Of a DNA stretch of 64,000 nt, positions 17,097-26,218 are shown piece by piece. Under the pieces are notes generated by a model. The model worked only from the letters and a program-made list of their open reading frames with translations, was not told the origin of the DNA and made no database searches. Source of the DNA: Ruminiclostridium sp. (GTDB taxonomy: Bacteria; Bacillota; Clostridia; Oscillospirales; Ruminococcaceae). Location: positions 163,002-227,001 of the forward strand of contig JAZNMN010000017.1 in assembly GCA_045579625.1 (NCBI GenBank), written 5' to 3'. The number at the start of each line of letters is the position of its first letter. The first letter of the stretch is position 1. The position numbers and the translations under genes were made by a program.

Positions 17097-18092
17097 TCAA
17101 TCCCCTGTGGTTTCTCTTAAGATAAGGCTATGAGGAAGCTTATAAAGAGACATATCGGGAACGTCAGCCTTCATATTTTCAATAAGCTTCTCAACTACAA
17201 GCTTACCCTGAAGGAAACAGGGTTGCTGCACAGTAGAAAGATGAGGTACGAAAATATGGGAGTAGAGAATATCGTCGAAGCCGAAGAATAACAGCTCCTT
17301 ACCGATATCTATATTTTTTGAAAGCGCATAATTCATAGCGCCGATAGCTATCATATCCGAAATGGAGAAAATTGCGTCGGGAGGATTATCGAGATTTAAC
17401 AGGTATTCACAGCCCTTAGTGCCCGATTCAGCTTCATAGGTACCGTAATATACGAGACTTTCGTCGTACTCGATGCCGTTTTCTTCGAGAGCCTCCTTAT
17501 AGCCCAGCTCTCTGTCAATTGAGGACTGGCTTCTCTGCTCTGTGGTAATAAGGCCGATACGTTTTCTTCCCTTTGCAATAAGATAGTTTACGGCGTCTCT
17601 TCCTGCCTTTACATTATCTATCGTAACCGTAAGAACATTGCAGTTTTCGAGTCTTTCGAGACACATAGCTATATTATGATTCTTCGCGAGGCTCGAAATA
17701 GTCTCGGCGTCAAGCTTCGGGCCGAGAAGAACTGCGCCGTCAACAGAGCGCGAGAAAAGCATTCCGAGAAGATGAAGCTCGTGCTTCGGGTCGTCTCTTG
17801 TTGTAGCGATAAGTACGTCGTAGCCCTTCGCCGAAGCTGTTTCCTCCATACCTCGAAGAACTTCGGAATAGAAGGTCTGCTCCGTTGAGGCTATTATTGC
17901 AAGAATACGTCTTGTCTCGCTTTTTCTTAAGTCCCTTCCGAGGAAGTTCGGACTGTAGCCGAGCGTTTCGACAGCCTTATTTACAGCTTCGATAGCTTCT
18001 TCCGAAACATTTGATTTCTTATTCAGTACTCTTGATACGGTAGCAACGGAAACATTTGCTGCTCTCGCAACATCTTTAATCGTAACGCTCAT
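17097..18092 (-). CDS. LacI-family transcriptional regulator
   Basis: TIKDVARAANVSVATVSRVLN HTH plus periplasmic-binding-type effector domain. Confidence 0.95.
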   Translation of the reverse strand: MSVTIKDVARAANVSVATVSRVLNKKSNVSEEAIEAVNKAVETLGYSPNFLGRDLRKSETRRILAIIASTEQTFYSEVLRGMEETASAKGYDVLIATTRDDPKHELHLLGMLFSRSVDGAVLLGPKLDAETISSLAKNHNIAMCLERLENCNVLTVTIDNVKAGRDAVNYLIAKGRKRIGLITTEQRSQSSIDRELGYKEALEENGIEYDESLVYYGTYEAESGTKGCEYLLNLDNPPDAIFSISDMIAIGAMNYALSKNIDIGKELLFFGFDDILYSHIFVPHLSTVQQPCFLQGKLVVEKLIENMKADVPDMSLYKLPHSLILRETTGD

Positions 18093-18144
18093 ATCCTTCT
18101 CCTTAATAAATTAAATTTGCACACAAAATTTGCTATTATATATC

Positions 18145-18173
18145 ATTATAACACATAATGTAACGGTTTACAA
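18145..18173 (-). promoter_or_regulatory. SigA promoter of the lacI-SLOG-GH2 unit with an overlapping LacI-type operator (18159-18172)
   Basis: Minus strand TTGTAA-17 nt-TATAAT with extended TG; imperfect palindrome TGTAACGGTTTACA overlaps the -35. Confidence 0.65.
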
Positions 18174-18385
18174 TATACACAATGTACAAAAATAAGGTTG
18201 CTTCTTTTATTTAAGTAAATAAGAGAAAATTAAGTAACTTTTTCGCTTGTTAAACAAACTGCACAATTTATAGCTTAATTATTGTTGATTATGTTTATTT
18301 ACAAATATGAGCTAATAACTTAAAATAGTATATATAGCTTACATTTAGTTTAAATTTAGCTAACGTATAGAAAGGAATTTTAGCT

Positions 18386-19396
18386 ATGATCAAGAAATCG
18401 GTTACTATGAGCGATATCGCCAATGAAATCGGTGTAAGTACCGTTACTGTTTCTAAAGCCCTGGGCGATAAAGAAGGAGTCGGAGAAGAGCTCCGTGAAA
18501 AGATCAAGCAGAAAGCCAATGAAATGGGTTATCGCTTCAGCAGTTCATCAAAATCCGTCAAGGATAACCTTACATACAGTATAAGCGTGGTTGTAGCGAA
18601 GCATTTCATTCACGACGCAAGCGCTTTCTACTGGGTGGTTTACAGGTATATCGTCGAGCTTCTCCAGAAGCAGAGCTATTACGGTATTCTCGAGGTAGTT
18701 TCCGACAGCGACGAACAGCTTTGCGAAATGCCTAATTCAATAACGGACAAGAAGGTTGACGGTATTATAGTCCTCGGTCAGTTCAGACAGAGCTATGTAA
18801 ACGCGCTTATCTCTATGAACGTTCCTACTGTTTTCCTTGATTTCTACAGCGGTAAGAACGACGTTGAAGCGGTTCTTGCGGACAATTTCTTCGGTGCCTA
18901 TACAATAACCAATTACCTTATAAATAACGGACACAGAAAAATCGGCTTTGTTGGTACTATCCACTCCACATCAAGTATTCAGGACAGATATCTCGGATAT
19001 TATAAATCCCATATCGAAAACAGAATCCGTGTTAATCCCGCGTGGATACTCGACGACAGGAACAGCGACGGAGTAGCCTTTAATGAATTCAATCTTCCCG
19101 ATGAGATGCCTACCGCCTTCGTGTGCAACTGTGACGAAGCGGCGTATGCCCTTATAAACCAGCTTAAGGAGCTGGGCTACAATGTGCCCGAGGATATATC
19201 GGTAGTAGGCTACGATAACCATATATACTCGACGATTTCAAGTCCGAGAATAACCACAATCGACGTAAACAGCTATCGTATGTCCCACGAAGCCGTTGAA
19301 ATCATAATCAAGAAAATCCGTGACAGCAACTATAAATGCGGACGTGTTCTTGTAACGGGAAAACTTATAGAAAGGGATAGTGTGAAAAAGATATAA
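18386..19396 (+). CDS. LacI-family transcriptional regulator
   Basis: TMSDIANEIGVSTVTVSKAL HTH; ISVVGYDN effector-domain motif. Confidence 0.93.
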   Translation: MIKKSVTMSDIANEIGVSTVTVSKALGDKEGVGEELREKIKQKANEMGYRFSSSSKSVKDNLTYSISVVVAKHFIHDASAFYWVVYRYIVELLQKQSYYGILEVVSDSDEQLCEMPNSITDKKVDGIIVLGQFRQSYVNALISMNVPTVFLDFYSGKNDVEAVLADNFFGAYTITNYLINNGHRKIGFVGTIHSTSSIQDRYLGYYKSHIENRIRVNPAWILDDRNSDGVAFNEFNLPDEMPTAFVCNCDEAAYALINQLKELGYNVPEDISVVGYDNHIYSTISSPRITTIDVNSYRMSHEAVEIIIKKIRDSNYKCGRVLVTGKLIERDSVKKI

Positions 19397-20166
19397 TGAA
19401 TCCTAAAGTTATCGACACACACGCTCATTACGACGACGAAGCCTTCGACGAGGACAGAGACAGCCTTATTAAGGGAATGCTGTCCGATTCCGTCGAAAAG
19501 ATTATTACGATAGGCTGTAGCCTTGAAAGAAGCCGTATGGCGCTTGAGCTGGCGGAAAAATACGATAATATTTACTGTGCAGTAGGAATACATCCCGAGG
19601 ATTGCTATGATTTACCGGAAAACTATCTTTCGGAAATCGAAAAAATGGCAAGAAGCAGTAAAAAGGTAGTTGCTATAGGTGAAATCGGACTGGATTACCA
19701 CTGGGAGGGCTACAAGAAAAAGAAGCAGGCAGAGGTTTTCAGAGAACAGCTTGCCTTAGCGAAGGAGCTTTCTCTTCCTGTAGTCATTCATTCCCGTGAC
19801 GCTACACAGGATACAATGGAAATACTGAGAGAATACCGTCCTAAGGGCGTTATGCATTGCTTTTCGGGAAGCGCCGAAACAGCACGAGAAATAATCGACC
19901 TTGGAATGATGATAAGCTTTACGGGAGTTATCACCTTTAAAAATGCACGTAAAGCGGTAGAGGCCTGCTCGGTTATACCGCTTGAAAGGCTTATGCTGGA
20001 AACGGACTGCCCCTATATGGCGCCCGTTCCTCATCGCGGACAGCGCTGTAACAGCAGTATGGTTCATTTCACAGCCGAAAAGGTTGCCGAAATAAAAGGG
20101 CTTTCCGTAAAAGAAACAATTGAAATATGTAACGAAAATGCAGTCCGCTTCTTCGGACTCAATTAA
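19396..20166 (+). CDS. tatD: TatD-family metal-dependent hydrolase/DNase
   Basis: IDTHAH, GIHP, AIGEIGLDYH, HSRDA, HCFSG, LETDCPY; TAATG overlap with upstream lacI. Confidence 0.93.
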   Translation: MNPKVIDTHAHYDDEAFDEDRDSLIKGMLSDSVEKIITIGCSLERSRMALELAEKYDNIYCAVGIHPEDCYDLPENYLSEIEKMARSSKKVVAIGEIGLDYHWEGYKKKKQAEVFREQLALAKELSLPVVIHSRDATQDTMEILREYRPKGVMHCFSGSAETAREIIDLGMMISFTGVITFKNARKAVEACSVIPLERLMLETDCPYMAPVPHRGQRCNSSMVHFTAEKVAEIKGLSVKETIEICNENAVRFFGLN

Positions 20167-20186
20167 ACATTGAAAGGAAATACAAT

Positions 20187-21113
20187 ATGGATACCGACGG
20201 GCGAAAACAGAAGAAAAAAGCAGCAGAAATTCTCCTCTTCCCTCTCATAATGCTTAATAAAGGAATTACTGCCCTATTAAGAAAGGCGATAGGAGAAAGC
20301 TACGGAAAGGAAGTTACAGAGGACGCTATACTTTCTATGGTTGACGCAGGAAACGAAAGCGGAACAATAGAAGATACCTCTGTAGAGATGATAAATAACG
20401 TATTCGACTATAACGACCTTTGCGTTTCCGACGTAATGACTCATAGAGTCAATATAGTTGCTATAGATATCTGCTCATCTCTTGATGATATAATTTATAT
20501 TGCTCTCGATAAGGGCTTTTCGAGGCTTCCTGTCTTTGAAAATTCGATAGATAAGATAGTAGGCACTATAATAGTGAAAGACCTTCTTTGTCTTATCGGC
20601 GATAAGAATTTAGAGGATTTCGAGCTTAAAAAGTTTATTCGTGAGCTTATATATATTCCCGAAACCTGTACCTGCAGTAACGCTTTCAAATTTATGACCA
20701 ACGTTAAAACAGGTATGGCAGTAGTTGTGGATGAGTACGGCGGTACTGCGGGAATAGTAACTCTCGAGGATATAATAGAGTCCGTTATGGGCAATATTCA
20801 GGACGAATACGACGCAGAAAGTGCAGAAATAAAGAAAATCGGTGAAGAAAAATATGAAATAAACGGCGAAGCCGATCCCGAAGAGGTTCTTGAATTATTC
20901 GGCTATTCCCTTCCCGAGGATCACGAGTATGAAACAATCTCGGGCTTCGTTATCGATATTCTCGGTTATCTTCCCGAGAGCTTCGATAATCCTCCTCACG
21001 GCGATTACGAGGACGTACGCTTCGTAATTCTCGAGGTTTGTGATAACTGTATAGAAAAGCTTATCGTATTCAGAAATAAGGATAAAAGTAATCAGAAAAA
21101 GGAACATATATGA
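20187..21113 (+). CDS. HlyC/CorC-family CBS-pair + CorC_HlyC protein, lacking most of the N-terminal DUF21/CNNM membrane domain
   Basis: VMTHR, FSRLPV, VVDEYGGTAGIVTLEDIIE.V.GNIQDEYD, ETISGF motifs; only 308 aa. Confidence 0.85.
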   Translation: MDTDGRKQKKKAAEILLFPLIMLNKGITALLRKAIGESYGKEVTEDAILSMVDAGNESGTIEDTSVEMINNVFDYNDLCVSDVMTHRVNIVAIDICSSLDDIIYIALDKGFSRLPVFENSIDKIVGTIIVKDLLCLIGDKNLEDFELKKFIRELIYIPETCTCSNAFKFMTNVKTGMAVVVDEYGGTAGIVTLEDIIESVMGNIQDEYDAESAEIKKIGEEKYEINGEADPEEVLELFGYSLPEDHEYETISGFVIDILGYLPESFDNPPHGDYEDVRFVILEVCDNCIEKLIVFRNKDKSNQKKEHI

Positions 21114-22204
21114 AAGTAATAAATTCAACGCCCAAAAAAGATGGGTTTTATATGCCTGCGGAGTTTTCCGAGCATTACGGCTGTATACTTATTTTCCCCG
21201 AACGCTCCGACTCCTGGCAGTACGGCGCTTATGCCGCAAGAAAGGCTTTCGTGAAGATATGTACTGCGATAGCCGAAAGCGAAAAGGTAACGGTATGCGC
21301 TTCGGAAAAGCAGTATGAAAATGCGAGAAGAATGCTCCCCGAGCACATAAGAGTAGTAGAAATGTCATCGAACGATTCCTGGGCAAGGGATTACGCCCCA
21401 ACCTTCGTCACAGACGGTAATGAAATAAGAGGCGTAAACTGGACCTTTAATGCCTGGGGCGGTCTTTATGACGGTCTCTACTTCCCCTGGGACAAGGACG
21501 ATAAAATGGCACGAAAGCTTTGCGACCTGTACGAAAAGGATATGTATGACGCAGGAGCTTTTGTCCTCGAAGGCGGCTCTATTCACGTAGACGGCGAAGG
21601 AACCTGCATTACTACGGAAGCCTGTCTTTTAAGCGGCGGAAGAAACCCCGATATGACGAAGGAAGAAATCGAGGATAAGCTTAAGGAATATCTTGGCGTT
21701 CAGAAGGTAATATGGCTTAAAAGCGGAATATATAACGACGAAACCAACGAACACGTAGATAATATATGCGCTTTTACAGGCCCTGCCGAGGTTGTACTGG
21801 CCTGGACAGACGACGAAAACGACCCTCAGTATGAAATGAGTAAGTCCTGTTACGATATTCTCTCGGAAAATACCGACGCAAAGGGCAGAAAATTCAAAAT
21901 CCACAAGCTTTATCAGCCAAAGCCCGTAACAATTACCGCAGAGGAATGCGAAGGGCTCGATACTATGGATTTTGAGCCTACAAGAACACCCGGAGAACGA
22001 CTTGCGGCTTCCTACGTTAATTTCTATATTTCCAACAAGGCTGTGGTAATGCCCTATTTTAACGACCCTGCCGATGAAAAAGCAAAGGAAACGCTTCAGA
22101 AGCTGTTCCCCGATAGGAAAATTGTTCCTATTTACGCAAGAGATGTACTTATCGGCGGCGGTAATATTCACTGTATCACCCAGCAGATACCAAAATTCAG
22201 ATAA
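21110..22204 (+). CDS. aguA: Agmatine deiminase
   Basis: MPAEF, DSWARD, LEGGSIHVDGEGT, HVDN, ASYVNFY, GGGNIHCITQQ (catalytic Cys). Confidence 0.95.
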   Translation: MKVINSTPKKDGFYMPAEFSEHYGCILIFPERSDSWQYGAYAARKAFVKICTAIAESEKVTVCASEKQYENARRMLPEHIRVVEMSSNDSWARDYAPTFVTDGNEIRGVNWTFNAWGGLYDGLYFPWDKDDKMARKLCDLYEKDMYDAGAFVLEGGSIHVDGEGTCITTEACLLSGGRNPDMTKEEIEDKLKEYLGVQKVIWLKSGIYNDETNEHVDNICAFTGPAEVVLAWTDDENDPQYEMSKSCYDILSENTDAKGRKFKIHKLYQPKPVTITAEECEGLDTMDFEPTRTPGERLAASYVNFYISNKAVVMPYFNDPADEKAKETLQKLFPDRKIVPIYARDVLIGGGNIHCITQQIPKFR

Positions 22205-22215
22205 AGAGGTAAAAT

Positions 22216-23094
22216 ATGAGAAAAATTAAAGTTGCGGCAGTACAGATGTCCGTCCCCGAAACTGCCGAAAAGTCAATTGAAAAGGCTGAAAGGCTTGTAC
22301 GGGAAGCGGCAGAAAAGGGCGCGCAGGTAATATTACTGCCCGAGCTTTTCGAAAATCCCTATTTTTGTCAGGAGCGTAAATATGAAAGCTACGCTTTAGC
22401 AAGCTCCGTTAGCGAAAATAAAGCGGTAAATCATTTTAAAGCTGTAGCTAAGGAATTAGGCGTTGTTCTTCCTATAAGCTTTTATGAACGGGACGTAAAC
22501 GCCTTATATAACAGCCTTGCTATGATTGACGCCGACGGCTCTCTTCTCGGAGTTTACAGAAAAACCCATATTCCCGACGACCATTTTTATCAGGAAAAAT
22601 TCTATTTTACCCCCGGAGATACGGGCTTTATGGTTTTCGATACGAGGTTCGGAAAAATCGGCGCAGGAATATGCTGGGACCAGTGGTTCCCCGAGGCGGC
22701 GAGATGTATGGCTTTAATGGGAGCCGAAATCCTCCTCTACCCTACAGCCATAGGCTCGGAGCCACTTCTCGAATGTGACAGTATGCCTCATTGGAGAAGG
22801 TGTATGCAGGGTCATTCGGCGGCGAATGTTATGCCCGTAATCGCCGCAAACAGAACAGGCGAGGAAATAGTGTCTCCCTGTAAGGAAAATCAGAATCAGA
22901 GCTCTTCCCTCACCTTCTACGGAAGCTCCTTTATTACCGATTGCACAGGTGAAATAATCGAATCCGCCGACAGAACATCAGATTGCGTTCTCGTTCACGA
23001 ATTCGACCTTGATGAAATTGATGAAATGAGACTTAGCTGGGGAGTTTTCAGAGACAGACGCCCCGAAATGTATAAAAAAATCTGCAATATATGA
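22216..23094 (+). CDS. aguB: N-carbamoylputrescine amidase
   Basis: Nitrilase-fold E-K-C triad (LPELF, YRKTHIPD, GICWDQWFPE); follows aguA. Confidence 0.93.
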   Translation: MRKIKVAAVQMSVPETAEKSIEKAERLVREAAEKGAQVILLPELFENPYFCQERKYESYALASSVSENKAVNHFKAVAKELGVVLPISFYERDVNALYNSLAMIDADGSLLGVYRKTHIPDDHFYQEKFYFTPGDTGFMVFDTRFGKIGAGICWDQWFPEAARCMALMGAEILLYPTAIGSEPLLECDSMPHWRRCMQGHSAANVMPVIAANRTGEEIVSPCKENQNQSSSLTFYGSSFITDCTGEIIESADRTSDCVLVHEFDLDEIDEMRLSWGVFRDRRPEMYKKICNI

Positions 23095-23099
23095 ACAAT

Positions 23100-23128
23100 C
23101 CCCGTTTACAGTAGTACTGCAAACGGGG
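23100..23128. terminator. Hairpin terminator between convergent aguB and anti-sigma genes
   Basis: CCCCGTTT(A)CAGT / ACTG(C)AAACGGGG stem. Confidence 0.7.
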
Positions 23129-23135
23129 TAATTCT

Positions 23136-24338
23136 TTAGAATTTATAGGTTTTTCCCGATATTTCGAAGTAATCTACTTCGTTTAAGTCGATAGGCTCGG
23201 GAAGCATATAGGTTATTTCATAGGAAACGTAATACCTCATTATTTTTCCGTTAAAAGGGTCGTAGCCGTCCCCTCTTATAGCATTGTAATAGGAAGGCAG
23301 TGAACTGTCGTTGTGGCCTATCGGGTATGAGGTTCCGTCCTTCATATAAAGCCTGCCTATTCCTCCATCTTTCTTTGTTTGAAGATATCTTATTACCTCA
23401 TCCTGCTTATAACCGATATTAAGCTTTATAGAAAGGCTTGTAACCGAAATCCTATTAAGCTTTAAGTCAACCTCCTCAACCTTAAGCTCACTCGCCTTAT
23501 CAGTATCATTACACATAGGAAGCTTTATTTCGTCTTCCACGGATAAGGTCTTATCCTTTACATTCTTATAGTCGAAGGTTGCTCTCGCATACCATTTTCC
23601 TGCAATATGGTCTGTTACCTTGTGGTAATATGCGCCATCCTTATCATAAGGAGCAAGCTTCCAGGTATTGATTCCGTAGAAAAGGATTGAAACCTCTATC
23701 CTGCTTTCGGAATCAAGGATATGGTCATATATGTCGTTATGATTGGCAAGTATGGCGGCTATCGTAATCTTGTTATCGCTTTTAACCTCATCATTTACTG
23801 TATATTCAATAAGGTCAGAGGTTATATGATAATTGAATTTAGGGCTGAAAATCGTTATTCCGCCGTCAAACTCAATTTTCGGCACATCATAAACAGGCTC
23901 GCCGTTTTCCTTTAATATGGGATTTCCGAAGTAATCCGTTCTTATTGCAGGCTCTTCGTCGAAAACCTTTCCGTCTGTCCTTTCGATATCGAAGAAAATC
24001 GTTGTTACGCCGTTATCGCATACCGCACCTCTTATTGATATATCGGCATTCTCCATTTCATCTACGGAATTTTCAATTTTTACCTCAGTAAAGCAATCCT
24101 CGATAAGCTCCGCCTTTTTTCCCAGCCAGCTTTCAACTATTGCGTCAAAGTCCCAGTTAAATGCTGCCGCATAGGCGGTAACGGAAATTCCCAACGCCAT
24201 AAATACTGCCGCAAAGGCTACCGTCGTTCTTTTATAGACAGACGGTCTTTTTTTACGATGTGACGTTACCCCTTCGATAATTTCATTATCATTCCTTTCG
24301 GAATTTATGCTGTCAAAATAATCCTTATAAATACTCAT
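23136..24338 (-). CDS. Putative membrane-anchored anti-sigma factor (DUF4179-like)
   Basis: Short cytoplasmic N-terminus, one TM (VAFAAVFMALGISVTAYAAAF), large extracellular region; abuts the ECF sigma gene. Confidence 0.65.
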   Translation of the reverse strand: MSIYKDYFDSINSERNDNEIIEGVTSHRKKRPSVYKRTTVAFAAVFMALGISVTAYAAAFNWDFDAIVESWLGKKAELIEDCFTEVKIENSVDEMENADISIRGAVCDNGVTTIFFDIERTDGKVFDEEPAIRTDYFGNPILKENGEPVYDVPKIEFDGGITIFSPKFNYHITSDLIEYTVNDEVKSDNKITIAAILANHNDIYDHILDSESRIEVSILFYGINTWKLAPYDKDGAYYHKVTDHIAGKWYARATFDYKNVKDKTLSVEDEIKLPMCNDTDKASELKVEEVDLKLNRISVTSLSIKLNIGYKQDEVIRYLQTKKDGGIGRLYMKDGTSYPIGHNDSSLPSYYNAIRGDGYDPFNGKIMRYYVSYEITYMLPEPIDLNEVDYFEISGKTYKF

Positions 24339-24809
24339 TCAGTCCTCCGTTAAATATTCCTTAAGTATACCTCTCGCTCTATGAAGCTTTGTTGTAACCG
24401 AGGTTACGCTTATTCCGAGTATGGCAGAAATCTCTTTAACCTGATACCCCTCGTAATAATGTAGGAATACTATATTCCTGTAGTCGGGTTTAAGCTTCGA
24501 AAGCGCATTCCTGAGCGAAATAACAGAGTCACGGTCAGAATCCTTGAACTCAGCGTAATCAGGTAAATCTGTTCGTTTCGCCCTCCACCAGGATTTTGTA
24601 TAATTCCGTGATTTATTTATCGTAACCCTTATAAGCCACGCTTTAAGCTGTTCCTTATTCTCGAAGTTCTTACCCGAGTTGTATAGTGCAAGAAAGGTTT
24701 CCTGTACTATATCGTCGCATACCGATAAATCACAGGTATTATTGTACGCAAGCTTATAAATCAGATTTTTAAACTCACCTATATTTTCTTCAAGCTCATT
24801 GTCAGACAC
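24339..24809 (-). CDS. ECF-type RNA polymerase sigma factor
   Basis: DDIVQETFL, WLIRVTINKS, LHYYEGYQVKEISAILG...V...LHRAR. Confidence 0.92.
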   Translation of the reverse strand: MSDNELEENIGEFKNLIYKLAYNNTCDLSVCDDIVQETFLALYNSGKNFENKEQLKAWLIRVTINKSRNYTKSWWRAKRTDLPDYAEFKDSDRDSVISLRNALSKLKPDYRNIVFLHYYEGYQVKEISAILGISVTSVTTKLHRARGILKEYLTED

Positions 24810-24852
24810 TTAACCACCTCTTTTTCTTCAAAAAGGATATCCTCTATATATA

Positions 24853-24878
24853 AAACAATCCTACCTGCTATTTTGTCA
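24853..24878 (-). promoter_or_regulatory. Possible ECF autoregulatory promoter
   Basis: Minus strand TGACAA-16 nt-GTTT between the mgsA terminator and the sigma gene; resembles ECF -35/-10 layout. Confidence 0.3.
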
Positions 24879-24881
24879 CAT

Positions 24882-24909
24882 AAAAAAAGACAGCATTTCT
24901 GCTGTCTTT
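24882..24909 (-). terminator. Intrinsic terminator after mgsA
   Basis: AAAGACAGCA/TGCTGTCTTT perfect stem with a minus-strand T-tract. Confidence 0.8.
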
Positions 24910-24925
24910 CTGAAAAATATCAAAA

Positions 24926-25336
24926 TTAAACTCTTACAATATCTCTCCAGTCGAGATCGCCTCGTTCAAGAGCGTGGATAAGAGCTTCGCCTGTAGCAAT
25001 ATTTGTTGCTACGGGAATATTATGTACGTCGCTAAGTCTTAAGAGATTCATTTCGTTAGGCTCGTGAGCCTTAGCGTTAAGGGGGTCACGGAAAAAGAAT
25101 AAAACGTCGATCTCGTTACAGGAAATTCTTGCTCCGATCTGCTGGTCACCGCCCTGGGAGCCGCTTAAATAACGCTGTATATTAAGACCTGTAGCTTCAG
25201 CAACAAGCTTACCTGTCGTACCTGTGGCACATAAATTATGTCTGCTTAAAATACCGCAGTAAGCAATGCAGAACTGAACCATAAGCTCTTTCTTCGAATC
25301 GTGAGCAATTAACGCTATATTCATAATTTTTGACAC
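24926..25336 (-). CDS. mgsA: Methylglyoxal synthase
   Basis: [27 protein letters not shown]-like [13 protein letters not shown]. Confidence 0.95.
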   Translation of the reverse strand: MSKIMNIALIAHDSKKELMVQFCIAYCGILSRHNLCATGTTGKLVAEATGLNIQRYLSGSQGGDQQIGARISCNEIDVLFFFRDPLNAKAHEPNEMNLLRLSDVHNIPVATNIATGEALIHALERGDLDWRDIVRV

Positions 25337-25350
25337 CCGCCTTTTTCAAA

Positions 25351-26088
25351 TTAGTCAATATTTATCGAGAGAGGTACATTATTACCGAGAATACGCTTAG
25401 AAATAGAATCGTAAGCCTTAAAGCCTGCGCTGTTTTTAGGAAGAGGCTGTCCCTTTGCGCCGCAGATTCTTATATCGCTGTCCTCGGGGACAACGCCGAT
25501 AAGAGGAATACCTACTGTATCCATAACCTCGTCAAGGTCGAAGAGAATTTCCTCGTCCTTAAAACGTACAGGAACCTTGTTTATAATTAAACGCTGGTTA
25601 ACGCAGTTCTTTACATATAAGAAGTCGGAAAGAATTGCGCCGTCTCTTACGCATACTGTATCGGGAGTTGTAACCATAAGAATTAAATCAGCAGCCTTGA
25701 TAACGCTGAAAACCGAGCTTCCAACACCGGCTGTATCAATAATGATATAGTCGAAGAATTCTCTCATTTCATCGCAAACGCCGATAATTTTCTCGGGATT
25801 TATATCCATAAAGGGGTTTCTCGTAGCACATACAAGAGAAAGATTTTCACTTCTGTCCACCTTTGTGGTAGCTGTAAGAATATCAATCTTTCCTTCAAGA
25901 TATTCACCGATATCGTGCTTTACCTTATCCTTAATTCCAAGCATAATATCTAAACATCTTAAACCGAAGTCAAGCTCTACAAGAAGAGTCTTATTGCCCT
26001 GATATGCAAGGCAGGAAGCTATATTGGCAGAGGTGGTAGACTTACCCGTACCGCCCTTTCCGGCAGTAACTGCAATAATCTTTGACAT
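25351..26088 (-). CDS. minD: MinD-family septum site-determining ATPase
   Basis: GKGGTGKST deviant Walker A, GLRCLD, IIDTAG; located after mreBCD-pbp2. Confidence 0.8.
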   Translation of the reverse strand: MSKIIAVTAGKGGTGKSTTSANIASCLAYQGNKTLLVELDFGLRCLDIMLGIKDKVKHDIGEYLEGKIDILTATTKVDRSENLSLVCATRNPFMDINPEKIIGVCDEMREFFDYIIIDTAGVGSSVFSVIKAADLILMVTTPDTVCVRDGAILSDFLYVKNCVNQRLIINKVPVRFKDEEILFDLDEVMDTVGIPLIGVVPEDSDIRICGAKGQPLPKNSAGFKAYDSISKRILGNNVPLSINID

Positions 26089-26218
26089 CAGAATACCTCC
26101 TTGTAATCTTAATACATACTAATAATAACATATTTTAGGCCAATTTAAAAGAGTTTTTTAAAATAATTATTTTTTTCGTGAAAATTGTATCGAATTTAAC
26201 ACTATATTTTGTGCAATA

